NCBI GenBank assembly: GCA_023129655.1
Contig: JAGMBN010000002.1
Location: 1-34,495 of the forward strand
DNA from: a bacterium
Lineage (GTDB): Bacteria; JAHJDO01
Reading direction: 5' to 3'
Length of the DNA: 34,495 nt
Shown here: positions 1-11,308 of the stretch, one piece after another
How positions within the stretch are numbered: the first letter of the stretch is position 1
How the letters are laid out: the number at the start of each line of letters is the position of its first letter
The notes under the pieces: generated by a model
The model's input: only the letters and a program-made list of their open reading frames with translations
Databases searched by the model: none
What the model was told of the DNA's origin: nothing
Program-made: the position numbers and the translations under genes

Positions 1-23
1 TTCAGGATAGCCTTCTTAAAACA

Positions 24-560
24 TTGGATAAAATATTGAAAATATCTTTGAAGGCAGATGTTTTAATAATGTTCATAGGAGGCATAGCTGTTAGCGTGTG
101 GGGAGAACCGCGAACCACATATGATATAGATGCGGTTATAGGAATTTCCAGCTCTGAGAGCGGTAAGTTTCTTTTGGAAGCGAGTAAGCAAAACTTTACT
201 TATGACAAAAAAAATCCTGTGAAAACAATACAGAGATCAGATTTTATTACTCTTGTATCTTCGGTAAAAAACCATAAAATCTATGTAGATCTTTTTCTGG
301 CTTCGGGAGAGTATCAGAAAGAAGCTTTATCCCACAGGAAGGAGATTAAGCTCTCTGGCAGAAAAATCCCCGTTATTTCAGCAGAGGATTTAATTCTTTA
401 TAAATTATTAGCTGGACGAACTAAAGATATAGATGATATAAGAGAAATTCTTATCTCTCAAAAAGGAAAGCTGGATATGAGGTATATGAAAAAGTGGGCT
501 ATAAAGCTTGGAATAACGACTTTCTTAAATGATGAACTGGATTCGATCAATATAACATAA
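24..560 (+). CDS. Nucleotidyltransferase-fold protein (AbiEii/DUF2204-like), non-ribosomal
   Basis: 178-aa ORF. The frame stays open back to nt 3, so the true start may lie upstream of the window. It carries a GG...DxD signature (FIGGIAVSVWGEPRTTYDIDAVI) and a C-terminal ISAEDLILYKLLAGRTKDIDDI segment typical of minimal NTase / abortive-infection-type proteins. The family call is from motif memory only. Confidence 0.4.
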   Translation: MDKILKISLKADVLIMFIGGIAVSVWGEPRTTYDIDAVIGISSSESGKFLLEASKQNFTYDKKNPVKTIQRSDFITLVSSVKNHKIYVDLFLASGEYQKEALSHRKEIKLSGRKIPVISAEDLILYKLLAGRTKDIDDIREILISQKGKLDMRYMKKWAIKLGITTFLNDELDSINIT

Positions 561-580
561 TATAGAGAAGGCGTAATGTT

Positions 581-1270
581 ATGAAAAAAAGAGGTAAGAG
601 GTATCAGGCAGTTGAGAAGTTAATAGATAAAGAAAAAACGTATGATCTTTCTCAGGCAGTTGAATTACTGAAAAAGGCAGCTAACGCAAAGTTTGATGAA
701 ACGGTTAATATGGCTTTTCATCTGGGAGTAGATCCTAAAAATGCTGACCAGCAGGTAAGAGGTGTTATAAATCTGCCTCATGGAACAGGCAAGACTGTAA
801 GAATTGCGGCTTTTGTAAAGGGTGATAATGTTGATAAAGCTAAGAAAGCAGGAGCTGATTTTGTTGGGGATAAGGATCTGATGGATAAGATAAGCAAAGG
901 CTGGCTTGATTTTGATGTTGTAGTTGCAACGCCTGATATGATGAAAGAGATAAGTAAGTTAGGGAAGATACTTGGGCCGCGCGGATTAATGCCTAATCCA
1001 AAGAGTGGGACAGTTGCTTTGGATATAGCAGGAGCTGTAGCAGAGATTAAGGCAGGAAAAGTAGAGTACAGGCTGGATAAAGGAGCAAATTTGCATATAG
1101 TAGTAGGAAAGGTTTCTTTTTCCAAAGAGCAATTATCAGACAATATACTGACAGTTGCAAAGGAAATCATTCATGCAAAACCTGCGTCTTGTAAAGGGCA
1201 ATATGTAAGAAATCTTGCTGTTAGTTCCGCAATGGGACCGCCAATAAGGATGAATATAAATGTCAAATAA
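581..1270 (+). CDS. rplA: 50S ribosomal protein L1
   Basis: 229-aa ORF with L1 signatures VNMAFHLGVDPKNADQQVRG and GPRGLMPNPKSGTV; located upstream of rplJ. Confidence 0.95.
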   Translation: MKKRGKRYQAVEKLIDKEKTYDLSQAVELLKKAANAKFDETVNMAFHLGVDPKNADQQVRGVINLPHGTGKTVRIAAFVKGDNVDKAKKAGADFVGDKDLMDKISKGWLDFDVVVATPDMMKEISKLGKILGPRGLMPNPKSGTVALDIAGAVAEIKAGKVEYRLDKGANLHIVVGKVSFSKEQLSDNILTVAKEIIHAKPASCKGQYVRNLAVSSAMGPPIRMNINVK

Positions 1271-1288
1271 CAAAAGAATTAAATTCAA

Positions 1289-1321
1289 GGCACAAAGTGA
1301 CAAAGGCACATAGGCACAAAG
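1289..1321. repeat. Three GGCACA(AAG) units in the rplA-rplJ spacer
   Basis: GGCACAAAG at 1289-1297, GGCACA at 1305-1310 and GGCACAAAG at 1313-1321, read directly from the sequence. Confidence 0.5.
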
Positions 1322-1360
1322 AAAAGATAATTAAAATTTGGATTTAGAATGACCGAACGT

Positions 1361-1390
1361 CCCCCTTTGAAGGGGGATTAAGGGGGATGT
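1361..1390 (+). promoter_or_regulatory. rplJ leader hairpin with candidate anti-SD/SD alternative pairing
   Basis: CCCCCTT (1361-1367) is complementary to AAGGGGG at 1370-1376. It is equally complementary to the tandem copy AAGGGGG at 1380-1386, which is the Shine-Dalgarno (SD) element 4 nt before the rplJ ATG at 1391. Confidence 0.3.
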
Positions 1391-1948
1391 ATGAACAAAG
1401 ATGAAAAAGCTAAAAGGGTAAAGGAATTAGTCAGGCAATTTCAGAAAAGTCCTAATAATATGGTATTTACAGATTATAAAGGGTTAACAGTTAAAGAGAT
1501 ATCAGGCTTACGGGAAACATTAAATGAAAAAGGAATATTGTATAAGGTTATCAAAAACAGACTTGCATGTTTGGCATTAAAGGAGAGTGGGCTGAAAGGT
1601 TTGGATCAATTTTTTACTGGTCCTACAGCTATTGCTTTTGCGCAGAATGATCCAACTGTTCCGGCAAAAGCGCTGTCAAAATGTTCAAAAGAATATGATT
1701 GCCTTAACATTAAAGGAGGGTTTATTGATGAACTTGTTTTTTCCGCAGAACAGATTAGAGAGATTGCTTTAATTCCTTCCAGAGATCAATTGCTTATGCA
1801 GTTAATAGGACAGCTTCAAGCTCCAATAGGTAATTTTGTATATTGTATCAGATCAATATTAGCCAGGTTTGTGTATGTGATTCACGCTGTAATAGATAAT
1901 AGAACTAATTCAAAGATAGAGGAGGTTGATAATGGTAACAAAAGCTAA
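1391..1948 (+). CDS. rplJ: 50S ribosomal protein L10
   Basis: 185-aa ORF with L10-like [19 protein letters not shown]...LYKVIKNRL; lies between rplA and rplL; G-rich SD upstream. Confidence 0.9.
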   Translation: MNKDEKAKRVKELVRQFQKSPNNMVFTDYKGLTVKEISGLRETLNEKGILYKVIKNRLACLALKESGLKGLDQFFTGPTAIAFAQNDPTVPAKALSKCSKEYDCLNIKGGFIDELVFSAEQIREIALIPSRDQLLMQLIGQLQAPIGNFVYCIRSILARFVYVIHAVIDNRTNSKIEEVDNGNKS

Positions 1949-2438
1949 GAAAGCAACAGAAAAATCAGTAGAGCCTAAGGATGTTAAATCATCTAAAAAG
2001 GATGATCCTAAAGTTCCTCAGGTTGAGGTGGAACAAAAGCCATCTACAAAAAAGCCGGATAAGGCTGGTATTGTAGATATGGTAAAGAATATGACGGTTC
2101 TGGAGTTATCTAATCTTGTCAAAGATTTAGAAAAGGAATTTGGCGTTACTGCTGCTCCGATTGGTATTGGAGCTGCCTCACCAGGCGCAGCGCCTGCTTC
2201 TGCTGTTTCTGAGGAAGAGAAAGAAAAAACAACGTTTACTGTCTTATTAAAGCAGTTTGGGGATAAGAAGATTCAGGTAATAAAGGAAGTAAGAGCTATT
2301 ACAGAGTTGGGACTTAAGGAAGCGAAAGACCTGGTAGAGAGTGCGCCAAAGCCTATTAAGGAAAATATTTCAAAGGAGGAAGCTGAGGAGCTTAAGAAAA
2401 AGTTAGAAGCTGTTGGTGCTGTTGTAGAATTGCAGTAA
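1932..2438 (+). CDS. rplL: 50S ribosomal protein L7/L12 with a Lys/Pro/Glu-rich N-terminal extension
   Basis: The C-terminal domain ([24 protein letters not shown]...[11 protein letters not shown]) and the dimerisation helix ([26 protein letters not shown]) are typical L12. GGAGG at 1921-1925 favours the ATG at 1932 over the track's TTG at 1926. Confidence 0.9.
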   Translation: MVTKAKKATEKSVEPKDVKSSKKDDPKVPQVEVEQKPSTKKPDKAGIVDMVKNMTVLELSNLVKDLEKEFGVTAAPIGIGAASPGAAPASAVSEEEKEKTTFTVLLKQFGDKKIQVIKEVRAITELGLKEAKDLVESAPKPIKENISKEEAEELKKKLEAVGAVVELQ

Positions 2439-2505
2439 AGGTAGTCTTTAAAGACATAATAATTGTTGCTAAAAATAGCCTAATTTAAATAAAGGGAAAA
2501 TAAAT

Positions 2506-5500
2506 ATGTCTCAACATGTAACTAATTCTTTTGGCAGAGATGTGTACTGTCAGATATCTCCTGTTATGAATATTCCTGATTTAATGTATGTTCAAAGGAT
2601 GCCATATGCAGAATTTCTTCAGAGGGATGTGAACCCTGCGAATCGTAAAAAGCAGGGACTTCAGGCAGTATTTAATGAGTTTTTCCCGATAATAGACGAA
2701 AGGGGGAAATCCTGCCTTGAATTTTTAAGCTATAGTATTGGTGACCCTAAATACAATGTAGCTGAATGCGAGAGGTATGGAGTGACATATGCTGCTCCTC
2801 TTAAGTTGAGAATGAAACTGACTATTAATGAAGAGAATTCCAGTAAAGCTGATAGCGCAAGAGAGCAGGAGGTGTATTTACTGGACTTACCTCTTATGAC
2901 AGAGCAAGGGACGTTTGTCATCAACGGAGCAGAGAGAGTTATTGTTAGTCAGTTACATAGATCTCCAGGTCTGTATTGTCAGAAAAAGGAAGTTTCTAAT
3001 GAGAAAGAGCTTTATTCAGCACGTCTCATTCCGAATAGAGGGGTCTGGCTTGAGTTTGAATTCGATGTCAATGATGTGCTTTATGTTAGTATGGACCGTA
3101 AAAGAAAGATGCTTGCTACAGTTTTACTTAGAGCGTTTGGATATGTGACAGATGAAGAAATTATCAGACTTTTCCATAATTGCAAGAAGAAGATAATTAC
3201 AAATAAGACAGTGCCTGATAATCTTATTGATGAAATTCTGGCAGAGGACATAGTTGATGAAAATACAGGAGAAGTTCTAGCAGAGAGTAAGGAGAGAATA
3301 ACTCCTTCCATTGCTAAGAAGATATTAACATTCAAAATCAAAAGTATAAACATAATAGAAATGGCTGGCAGAGATATTTCTATTATAAATACGCTTGCAA
3401 AAGATCATAGAAAATCGAAAGAAGAAGCTTTTGTAGAAATATATAAAAGATTGCGTCCAAGTGATCATTTTACAATAGATACTGCTGAGAGTTATTTTAA
3501 CGACATTATTTATAATCCTAAAAGATACGACCTTTCACAAGTTGGAAGATATAAGCTGAATCAGAAGTTAGGTCTTAATCATTCTTTGGACAAGACGACA
3601 TTAGATAAAGAAGACATAGTAAAAACAATCAATTATTTGCTTCTGGCAAAGCACAATAAAGAAGACGAGGATGATATTGACCATCTTTGGAATAGAAGAG
3701 TCAGGACTGTAGGGGAATTATTACAGACTCAATTTAGAATAGGGCTTGCTAAGTTAGAGAGATCCGTAAGAGAGAGAATGACATTTCAAGAACCTGATAC
3801 TGTTATGCCGCATAATTTAATTAATGGACGGTTAATTTCTTCAACGGTAAATGATTTCTTTGCGCGTGGACAACTGTCGCAATTTATGGATCAAACAAAT
3901 CCGCTTTCAGAACTTACTCATAAAAGAAGACTAAGCGCATTAGGACCTGGAGGACTTACAAGAGAGAGAGCAGGGTTTGAGGTTAGAGATGTTCATCCGA
4001 CCCACTATGGACGTATTTGTCCTATAGAAACGCCAGAGGGGTCTAATATTGGGTTGATAGCTTCTCTTGCCACATATACAGGGATTAATGAATTGGGATT
4101 GTTAGAAACGCCTGCAAGAAAGGTTGCTGATGGTCGAGTGACCAATGAAGTAGTTTGGCTGTCCGCTGATATTAGCGACAAAAATGTTGTTGCTCAAGCT
4201 AATGCAAAGATTGATAAAAAAGGCTATTTTGTTGAAGATGAGGTATCAGTTAGAGTTAAAGGCGATTTTCGCAAGGTCTCTCCAAGAGATGTGAATTTCG
4301 TGGATGTCTCACCTGACCAGATAGTTAGTGTAGCTGCAGGATTGATCCCTTTTTTAGAGCATGATGACGCAAATAGAGCTCTTATGGGGTCAAATATGCA
4401 GAGGCAGGCAGTTCCTCTTTTAAAACCGGAAGCTCCTTTGATTGGTACAGGAATGGAGGATATTGTTGCCAAATGGTCTGGATCCGCTGTTGCCGCTAAG
4501 AGAGCAGGGATTGTGGAATCGGTATGTTCTGATAAAATAATTATTCGTCAGGAAGAAAACGAGGGCGATTTTGATGAATACATATTGAGGAAATTTGAAA
4601 AATCAAATCAGAATACCTGTATTAATCAGCGGCCGATTGTTAGAGAAGGAGAAAGGGTCTCTAAGCATGACATCATAGCTGAATCTTCTGCTACAGATAA
4701 TAAGGAATTAGCTTTGGGACAGAATATGCTGGTGGCATTTATGCCATGGAGAGGATATAATTTTGAAGATGCTATTGTCATTAGTGAAAAACTGGTTAGG
4801 GATGATACCTGTACCTCTGTCCATATTGAGGAATTAGAAGTAGAAGCAAGGGAAACAAAACTTGGGAAAGAAGAGGTCACTCGTGATATACCCAATGTTA
4901 GTGAAGGAGACTTGGCTAATCTGGACGAGCATGGAATTGTGCGAATTGGGACACATGTGAAACCGGGAGATGTATTAGTAGGGAAAGTGACTCCTAAGAG
5001 TGAAACAGGCCTGACATCTGAAGAAAAATTACTGATAGCAATCTTTGGCGAAAAGGCAGGTGATGTGCTTAACACATCTTTAACTGTTCCTGTTGGTGTG
5101 GAGGGAATAGTTACAGATGTTAGAATATTGTCAAGACATGATAAGGACGATATTGATGCTTTGGGGAAAAAGATTATTGAGGATATTGGGTATAAAATTG
5201 ACATGGAGATCAGAAAGACTAAGAATAATCTGATTGAGACACTTGGAAGCCTTGTTAGAGGGAAAGTAATAGCTGAGGACCTGACTAACAAGAATGGAAA
5301 AGTCTTTCTCTCTGCCAGCCAGAAAGTTAAGAAAGAAGATGTACGGAAAATACCAATTAAGTATCTGAGAAACCTTAGAGTTAAAAATATCGACATCAAT
5401 AGAAAAATTCTTGCGTTAATTGAGAGCTTTGAGGGAAAGCTAAAGTCTTTTAGTAAAGAGAGAAAATTAGAAGTAGAAAAGATCAAGAAGGGAGATGAGC

Positions 5501-8500
5501 TTTCTCCAGGTGTAATAAAACGCATAATGGTTTATATAGGCAATAAAAGAAAAATCTCAAAGGGAGATAAGGTTTCCGGCAGGCATGGAAATAAGGGTGT
5601 GATTGCAAAGATATTGCCGGAGGAGGATATGCCTTATTTATCGGATGGAACATCAGTGGAAATTGTGCTTAATCCTTTAGGCGTTCCTTCAAGAATGAAT
5701 GTGGGACAGATTTTAGAGACTCATGTTGGGTGGGCAGCTAAAGTTTTGGGTATAAAGATTGCGACTCCTGTTTTTAATGGAATTAAAGAGACAGAAATAA
5801 AACAGCTTCTTAAAAAGGCAGGACTACCTGAAGATGGTCAGGTTATTTTGTATGACGGGATGACAGGCGAACAATTTGATAACAAAGTAACTGTTGGTTA
5901 TATTTACATGATGAAATTGTCACATCTTGTGGATGATAAGATGCATGCTCGCGCAACAGGTCCATATTCATTAGTTACTCAACAGCCTTTGGGAGGAAAG
6001 GCTCAGTTTGGAGGACAGCGTTTTGGCGAAATGGAGGTATGGGCATTAGAAGCATATGGCGCTGCTCATACTTTGCAGGAATTGCTTACAGTAAAAAGTG
6101 ACGACGTTGTTGGCAGAATGCAGATATATGAAAGTGTTGTAAAGGGAGAAAATACAGTTCAATCCGGCATACCAGAGTCTTTCAATGTTTTATTAAAGGA
6201 ATTGCAAGGCTTAGGATTTGGGGTTAAACTTATAATGGGCAAAAGACCTCGTATATTTCCCAATCTTGATTTTCAAAAATGGCAGCCTAACAATTCAGAG
6301 GGATTTCAAAGCAGAACTGGTGCGATTGAAGCTATATCTATTAGTTTGGTTTCCTCTGGGGAGATCAAGCTATGGTCTAAAGGAGAAGTTAAAAAGCCGG
6401 AAACTATAAATTATAGAACGTTCAGACCGGAAAAAGACGGGCTTTTTTGCGAAAGAATCTTTGGGCCAACAAGGGATTGGGAGTGTTATTGTGGTAAATA
6501 TAAGAGAATCAGACATAAAGGAATAATTTGCGACAGATGTGGTGTGGAAGTCACGCAATCTAAAGTAAGGCGTCAACGTATGGGGCATATAAGTCTTGCT
6601 TCACCAGCAGCTCATGTTTGGCTTTTTAAGGTTGTTCCAAGTTATATGAGTACATTACTTGATTTGAGTTTGAAGAATATAGAAAAGATTCTCTATTATG
6701 AGAGTTATATAGTGCTGGATCCTGAAAAGACCTCTTTGGAAAAGTATCAGCTTTTAAGCGATGAGGAATATGAAAAATACAGAGAAGAATTCGGAGATGG
6801 ATTTGGTGCGGAGATGGGGGCTTCAGCTATTAAAAAAATGCTGCAGGAGATTGATTTAGATAAACTTGCGGAAAGTTTGAGGGCAAAAGAGAAGAAAACA
6901 GTATTTAAACAGGCAAAGAAAAAGATTAATAAGAGATTGAGGGTTGTTGAAGCCTTTCGCGCTTCTGGTAGTAGGCCTGAATGGATGATTATGGATGTTG
7001 TTCCTGTTATCCCTCCAGACTTAAGACCTTTAGTTCCTTTGGATGGAGGGCGCTTTGCAACCTCGGATCTGAATGACTTATATCGAAGAGTTATTAATCG
7101 AAATAACAGGCTAAAGAGGCTTCTGGAACTAGGCGCGCCCAGTATAATTATTAGAAATGAAAAAAGGATGTTACAGGAAGCAGTTGATGCTTTATTTGAC
7201 AATGGCAGACATGGCAGGACAGTAGTTGGACATGGTAATCGCCCCCTTAAGTCTCTTAGTGACATGTTGGGTGGGAAACAGGGTAGATTTAGACAGAATC
7301 TTTTGGGAAAACGCGTTGATTATTCAGGAAGATCAGTTATTGTTGTGGAGCCAAAATTGAAGCTGCATCAATGCGGTTTGCCTAAGCGCATGGCATTAGA
7401 ACTGTTTGAACCGTTTGTGATCAGAAAATTAAGAGCGAAGGGAATAATAAATACTATAAAGAATGCGAAGAAGATGCTGGAAAAAGCAGAAGCAGAAATA
7501 TGGGATATTCTTGATGAGGTAATAAAGGATCGTTTCGTTTTACTTAACAGGGCTCCGACACTACATAGACTGGGTATACAGGCATTTCAACCTGTTCTTA
7601 TTGAAGGAAAAGCAATAGGAGTCCATCCATTGGTCTGCGCTGCGTTTAATGCAGATTTTGATGGAGATACAATGTCAGTACATGTGGCTCTTACACCAGA
7701 AGCAGAGTTAGAAGCAGAGTTTTTAATGTTATCAAGTAAAAACATTTTCTCTCCTGCCAACGGAGAAGCAATAGTAGTGCCAAGACAGGAGATCGTATTA
7801 GGATGCTATTACTTAACAAAAGAAAAGCATAGCAATAAGAGGGAAGAAAAAATATTTTCATCGTTTAACGAAGCAATTGCTGCATATGATTCTAAAAAAG
7901 TGGAATTGCATTCCATGGTAAAGATAAGGATAAATGGCGAACCAATAGAGACAACTGTAGGGAGAATTCTGTTTAATGAAATTTTGCCTTTCTCGTTACA
8001 GTTTGTAAATAGGGTGCTTGATAAAGACAAACTGAGTGACTTAATCGAAGAGTGTTTCAAAAAGGAAGGGTATCATCAGACAGTTATAATGCTGGACAGG
8101 ATTAAAACATTAGGATTTGAGATGGCTACCAGAGGAGGCATTTCCATTAGTATTGATAATCTGGTTATTCCTCCAATAAAGAATAAGTTGTTAGAACAAG
8201 GGAAACGAGAGGCCGGCATTATTGAGGAGCAGTATAGGAAGGGTGTTATTACCGACAGAGAAAGATATAATAAGGTGATTGACGTATGGACGCATATTAC
8301 GGATAAGGTCTCAGATGCCATGTTTAAAGAGATGGAAAAGGATCCTTTTAATCCTGTTTTAATGATGCTGCTTTCAGGCGCAAGAGGTAGCAGCCAGCAG
8401 ATAAGGCAATTGGCGGGCATGCGTGGGCTGATGGCTAGACCTAAGAAGAATATTACAGGAGAGATAGGAGAGATCATAGAAACTCCTATAATGACAAATT

Positions 8501-10365
8501 TTCGTGAGGGAGTAAGCATGCTGGAATATTTTATCTCAACTCATGGGGCTAGAAAAGGTTTGGCAGATACAGCTTTAAAGACTGCAGAAGCAGGATACTT
8601 AACAAGAAGGTTGGTCGACGTAGCGCAAGACGTAGTTGTTACAAGCGAAGACTGCAGAACACTTAACGGAATAAGTGTTACAGCAATTAAAGAAGGAGAC
8701 AAAACTATTGAATCGCTTAAAGACAGGATTGCAGGGAGAACAGCATTGGAAGATATAAAAATACCCTTGCTGGATAATATGATCGTTAAAGCAGGAGAGG
8801 AGATTACGGATGAGATGGCAGAAGTCATAGAGGAGGCAGGAGTAGAGAAGGTAATGATAAGGTCTGTTCTAACATGTGAGCAGGAGAAGGGGATTTGCGC
8901 TAAGTGTTATGGCAGAGACCTTACAACAAAGAACAGAGTTAGAGTTGGAGAAGCTGTGGGAATTGTTGCAGCTCAGTCCATAGGAGAACCTGGAACTCAG
9001 CTTACTCTAAGAACTTTTCATATTGGAGGAACAGCCAGCAGAATAATCGGCGCCTCAAAAATAGCAGCCATTAATGATGGGGTTGTTAAATTTCATGGAA
9101 TAAGAACAGTTGTGGATAAGAACAATAACGTAATAGTGATTAACAGGAATGGAGAAATAGCAGTAGAAAATACAGAAGAAAGGGAGTTGGAAAGATGCAA
9201 TATGCCTTTGGGCAGTATGCTTAAGGTTAAAGATAACGACGCAGTAAAAAGAAAAACTGTACTAGCTGAGTGGGATCCATATGCTTTACCCATAATTTCT
9301 GTAAAGAGTGGGGAAGTAAAATTTATTGATATAATTGAAGGTCTTACAATGAAGACTGAAGTAGATAAGATCACTGGGAAAAAAGAAAAGATTATTACAG
9401 ATTACAGAAGCGCAGGTATGCATACTCAAATATTGATACAGGACAAGGATGGACAGGTGTTAAATTTTCATAGTATCCCAAGTGGAGCGCATCTGACAGT
9501 TAAAGAAGGGGACCAAGTTTTAGTAGGGGATTTGTTAGCAAAGACTACAAGAGAAAGAAGCAAAACCAGAGATATTACAGGAGGATTACCAAGAATTGCT
9601 GAGCTCTTTGAAGCGAGGAGACCTAAGAATCCTGCCATGGTGACAGAGATAGATGGAACAGTGGATGAACCTATTGGGCTTAAAAGGAACATGCGTAGAA
9701 TAACTGTGACAGCAGATAACGGGGATGAAAAAGAATACCTTATTCCTCATGGCAAGCACTTGATCGTTTATAAGGGCGACAGGGTAAAAGCAGGTGATCA
9801 GCTTACAGACGGCTCTGTGATTCTTGATGAAATATTGAGAATAGAGGGAGATAGGAGATTGCAGGAGTATTTATTAAATGAAGTTCAGGAAGTTTATCGG
9901 CTGCAGGGCGTTTATATTAATGATAAGCATATAGGATTAATTGTGAGACAGATGCTTAAAAAAGTTAGCATAGAAGATAGCGGAGATACTAATCTCTTAG
10001 CTGGAGAACAAGTAGACAAAGTTATTTTTAAGAAAGAGAATGAAAGGGTAGTTGCGGAAAACAAAAAACCTGCTAGCGCGATACCGGTTCTCCAGGGTAT
10101 TACAAGAGCGTCTATAAATACAGAAAGTTTTATATCAGCTGCCTCATTTCAGGAAACCACACGAGTTCTAACCAAAGCTGCTGTTTTTTCTAAGGTAGAT
10201 AAATTATTCGGATTAAAAGAAAATGTAATAATCGGACGTTTAATTCCAGCTGGTACAGGGTGGGCTGACTATAGGAATATAACATTAACAGGAGCCGAGT
10301 TATCCGATAAAAAGGGCACGGAAGAGACTAAAGATAATAGTAGCGTAGAAGAGGTAAAAGCTTAA
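2506..10365 (+). CDS. rpoBC: Fused DNA-directed RNA polymerase beta-beta' subunit (RpoB-RpoC single ORF, 2619 aa)
   Basis: The N-terminal ~1240 aa carry RpoB motifs ([55 protein letters not shown], and the RpoB C-terminus [15 protein letters not shown]). The frame continues without a stop through a ~30-aa linker into the RpoC N-terminus ([29 protein letters not shown], the zinc motif CYCGKYK...CDRCGVEV, and the catalytic NADFDGD). Confidence 0.9.
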   Translation: MSQHVTNSFGRDVYCQISPVMNIPDLMYVQRMPYAEFLQRDVNPANRKKQGLQAVFNEFFPIIDERGKSCLEFLSYSIGDPKYNVAECERYGVTYAAPLKLRMKLTINEENSSKADSAREQEVYLLDLPLMTEQGTFVINGAERVIVSQLHRSPGLYCQKKEVSNEKELYSARLIPNRGVWLEFEFDVNDVLYVSMDRKRKMLATVLLRAFGYVTDEEIIRLFHNCKKKIITNKTVPDNLIDEILAEDIVDENTGEVLAESKERITPSIAKKILTFKIKSINIIEMAGRDISIINTLAKDHRKSKEEAFVEIYKRLRPSDHFTIDTAESYFNDIIYNPKRYDLSQVGRYKLNQKLGLNHSLDKTTLDKEDIVKTINYLLLAKHNKEDEDDIDHLWNRRVRTVGELLQTQFRIGLAKLERSVRERMTFQEPDTVMPHNLINGRLISSTVNDFFARGQLSQFMDQTNPLSELTHKRRLSALGPGGLTRERAGFEVRDVHPTHYGRICPIETPEGSNIGLIASLATYTGINELGLLETPARKVADGRVTNEVVWLSADISDKNVVAQANAKIDKKGYFVEDEVSVRVKGDFRKVSPRDVNFVDVSPDQIVSVAAGLIPFLEHDDANRALMGSNMQRQAVPLLKPEAPLIGTGMEDIVAKWSGSAVAAKRAGIVESVCSDKIIIRQEENEGDFDEYILRKFEKSNQNTCINQRPIVREGERVSKHDIIAESSATDNKELALGQNMLVAFMPWRGYNFEDAIVISEKLVRDDTCTSVHIEELEVEARETKLGKEEVTRDIPNVSEGDLANLDEHGIVRIGTHVKPGDVLVGKVTPKSETGLTSEEKLLIAIFGEKAGDVLNTSLTVPVGVEGIVTDVRILSRHDKDDIDALGKKIIEDIGYKIDMEIRKTKNNLIETLGSLVRGKVIAEDLTNKNGKVFLSASQKVKKEDVRKIPIKYLRNLRVKNIDINRKILALIESFEGKLKSFSKERKLEVEKIKKGDELSPGVIKRIMVYIGNKRKISKGDKVSGRHGNKGVIAKILPEEDMPYLSDGTSVEIVLNPLGVPSRMNVGQILETHVGWAAKVLGIKIATPVFNGIKETEIKQLLKKAGLPEDGQVILYDGMTGEQFDNKVTVGYIYMMKLSHLVDDKMHARATGPYSLVTQQPLGGKAQFGGQRFGEMEVWALEAYGAAHTLQELLTVKSDDVVGRMQIYESVVKGENTVQSGIPESFNVLLKELQGLGFGVKLIMGKRPRIFPNLDFQKWQPNNSEGFQSRTGAIEAISISLVSSGEIKLWSKGEVKKPETINYRTFRPEKDGLFCERIFGPTRDWECYCGKYKRIRHKGIICDRCGVEVTQSKVRRQRMGHISLASPAAHVWLFKVVPSYMSTLLDLSLKNIEKILYYESYIVLDPEKTSLEKYQLLSDEEYEKYREEFGDGFGAEMGASAIKKMLQEIDLDKLAESLRAKEKKTVFKQAKKKINKRLRVVEAFRASGSRPEWMIMDVVPVIPPDLRPLVPLDGGRFATSDLNDLYRRVINRNNRLKRLLELGAPSIIIRNEKRMLQEAVDALFDNGRHGRTVVGHGNRPLKSLSDMLGGKQGRFRQNLLGKRVDYSGRSVIVVEPKLKLHQCGLPKRMALELFEPFVIRKLRAKGIINTIKNAKKMLEKAEAEIWDILDEVIKDRFVLLNRAPTLHRLGIQAFQPVLIEGKAIGVHPLVCAAFNADFDGDTMSVHVALTPEAELEAEFLMLSSKNIFSPANGEAIVVPRQEIVLGCYYLTKEKHSNKREEKIFSSFNEAIAAYDSKKVELHSMVKIRINGEPIETTVGRILFNEILPFSLQFVNRVLDKDKLSDLIEECFKKEGYHQTVIMLDRIKTLGFEMATRGGISISIDNLVIPPIKNKLLEQGKREAGIIEEQYRKGVITDRERYNKVIDVWTHITDKVSDAMFKEMEKDPFNPVLMMLLSGARGSSQQIRQLAGMRGLMARPKKNITGEIGEIIETPIMTNFREGVSMLEYFISTHGARKGLADTALKTAEAGYLTRRLVDVAQDVVVTSEDCRTLNGISVTAIKEGDKTIESLKDRIAGRTALEDIKIPLLDNMIVKAGEEITDEMAEVIEEAGVEKVMIRSVLTCEQEKGICAKCYGRDLTTKNRVRVGEAVGIVAAQSIGEPGTQLTLRTFHIGGTASRIIGASKIAAINDGVVKFHGIRTVVDKNNNVIVINRNGEIAVENTEERELERCNMPLGSMLKVKDNDAVKRKTVLAEWDPYALPIISVKSGEVKFIDIIEGLTMKTEVDKITGKKEKIITDYRSAGMHTQILIQDKDGQVLNFHSIPSGAHLTVKEGDQVLVGDLLAKTTRERSKTRDITGGLPRIAELFEARRPKNPAMVTEIDGTVDEPIGLKRNMRRITVTADNGDEKEYLIPHGKHLIVYKGDRVKAGDQLTDGSVILDEILRIEGDRRLQEYLLNEVQEVYRLQGVYINDKHIGLIVRQMLKKVSIEDSGDTNLLAGEQVDKVIFKKENERVVAENKKPASAIPVLQGITRASINTESFISAASFQETTRVLTKAAVFSKVDKLFGLKENVIIGRLIPAGTGWADYRNITLTGAELSDKKGTEETKDNSSVEEVKA

Positions 10366-10379
10366 GAAAGGAAATAGAT

Positions 10380-10751
10380 ATGCCAAGATTGTCACAGTTG
10401 ATAAAGAAAAATAGGAAGAAGAGTATAAAGAAAACATCTACTCCTGCTTTAAAGGGTTCTCCTCAAAAGCGAGGAGTATGTACTAGGGTATATACAGTCA
10501 CTCCTAAAAAGCCAAATTCAGCATTAAGAAAGGTGGCTAGAGTGAGATTGACGAGCGGCGTGGAGGTTACAGCTTATATTCCCGGGATAGGACATAATCT
10601 ACAGGAGCATTCAATTGTTTTAATTAGAGGTGGAAGCGTCTCGGACCTTCCGGGTGTTAGATACCATATAGTTAGAGGAGCTTTGGATACTACAGGAGTT
10701 ACGGATAGAAAGAAAAGCAGGTCTAAATATGGTACAAAAAGAGCAAAATAA
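10380..10751 (+). CDS. rpsL: 30S ribosomal protein S12
   Basis: 123-aa ORF with [29 protein letters not shown] and [15 protein letters not shown]. Confidence 0.97.
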   Translation: MPRLSQLIKKNRKKSIKKTSTPALKGSPQKRGVCTRVYTVTPKKPNSALRKVARVRLTSGVEVTAYIPGIGHNLQEHSIVLIRGGSVSDLPGVRYHIVRGALDTTGVTDRKKSRSKYGTKRAK

Positions 10752-10763
10752 AGGAGATATGTA

Positions 10764-11231
10764 ATGCCTAGAAAGGGGAGAGTTACTAAAAGGACAATAA
10801 CACCGGATCCTAAATATAATAACCAAATAGTAGCTAAGTTTGTGAATTGTATTATGAAAAGAGGTAAAAAAAGTTTGGCTGAATCCATACTTTATGATTC
10901 TTTAGATATTATAAATAAGACTACAAAAAAAGATTCTTTGGAAGTGTTCAAGCAGGCTCTTGATAATGTAAAACCGGTTTTAGAGGTTAAGTCTAAAAGA
11001 ATCGGAGGCGCTACATACCAAGTGCCTATAGAAGTCAGCTCTGATAGGAGAACAAGTTTGGCTATGCGCTGGATTATAAATTATTCTAAGGCAAGAAAGG
11101 GTAAAAGCATGGGAGAAAAATTGGCGCAGGAAATTATAGACGCGTCTAAAGGCCAGGGAGCTTCCATAAAAAAGAAAGAAGACGTCCATAAAATGGCAGA
11201 AGCTAATAAAGCTTTTGCGCATTATAGATAA
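10764..11231 (+). CDS. rpsG: 30S ribosomal protein S7
   Basis: 155-aa ORF with typical S7 segments ([21 protein letters not shown] and [11 protein letters not shown]) ending in the C-terminal AFAHYR. Confidence 0.97.
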   Translation: MPRKGRVTKRTITPDPKYNNQIVAKFVNCIMKRGKKSLAESILYDSLDIINKTTKKDSLEVFKQALDNVKPVLEVKSKRIGGATYQVPIEVSSDRRTSLAMRWIINYSKARKGKSMGEKLAQEIIDASKGQGASIKKKEDVHKMAEANKAFAHYR

Positions 11232-11246
11232 TGATAGAAAAAGCAC

Positions 11247-11274
11247 TTGCAAGGCGCAGAGTATATGATATAAT
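11247..11274 (+). promoter_or_regulatory. Sigma70-type promoter candidate for tuf (TTGCAA-N16-TGaTATAAT)
   Basis: -35 TTGCAA at 11247-11252, 16-nt spacer, extended -10 TG at 11266-11267 and a perfect TATAAT at 11269-11274. A GGAGG SD at 11296-11300 sits 8 nt before the ATG at 11309. Confidence 0.45.
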
Positions 11275-11308
11275 CCGTGAACTTATTTAAAAGAAGGAGG
11301 GATAGGAA

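Noticed and set aside
2444-2455. Perfect 12-nt palindrome GTCTTTAAAGAC between rplL and rpoBC as a transcriptional attenuator
   Set aside because: It could form only a 4-bp stem and has no T-tract, which is too weak to call.
4626-5525. 299-aa ORF on the minus strand inside rpoBC, together with the other minus-strand ORFs listed within 2730-9692
   Set aside because: They lie antisense to a strongly supported, motif-rich RNA polymerase ORF. Their translations are low-complexity Ser/Leu/Ile-rich shadows of purine-rich codons, with no independent start signals.
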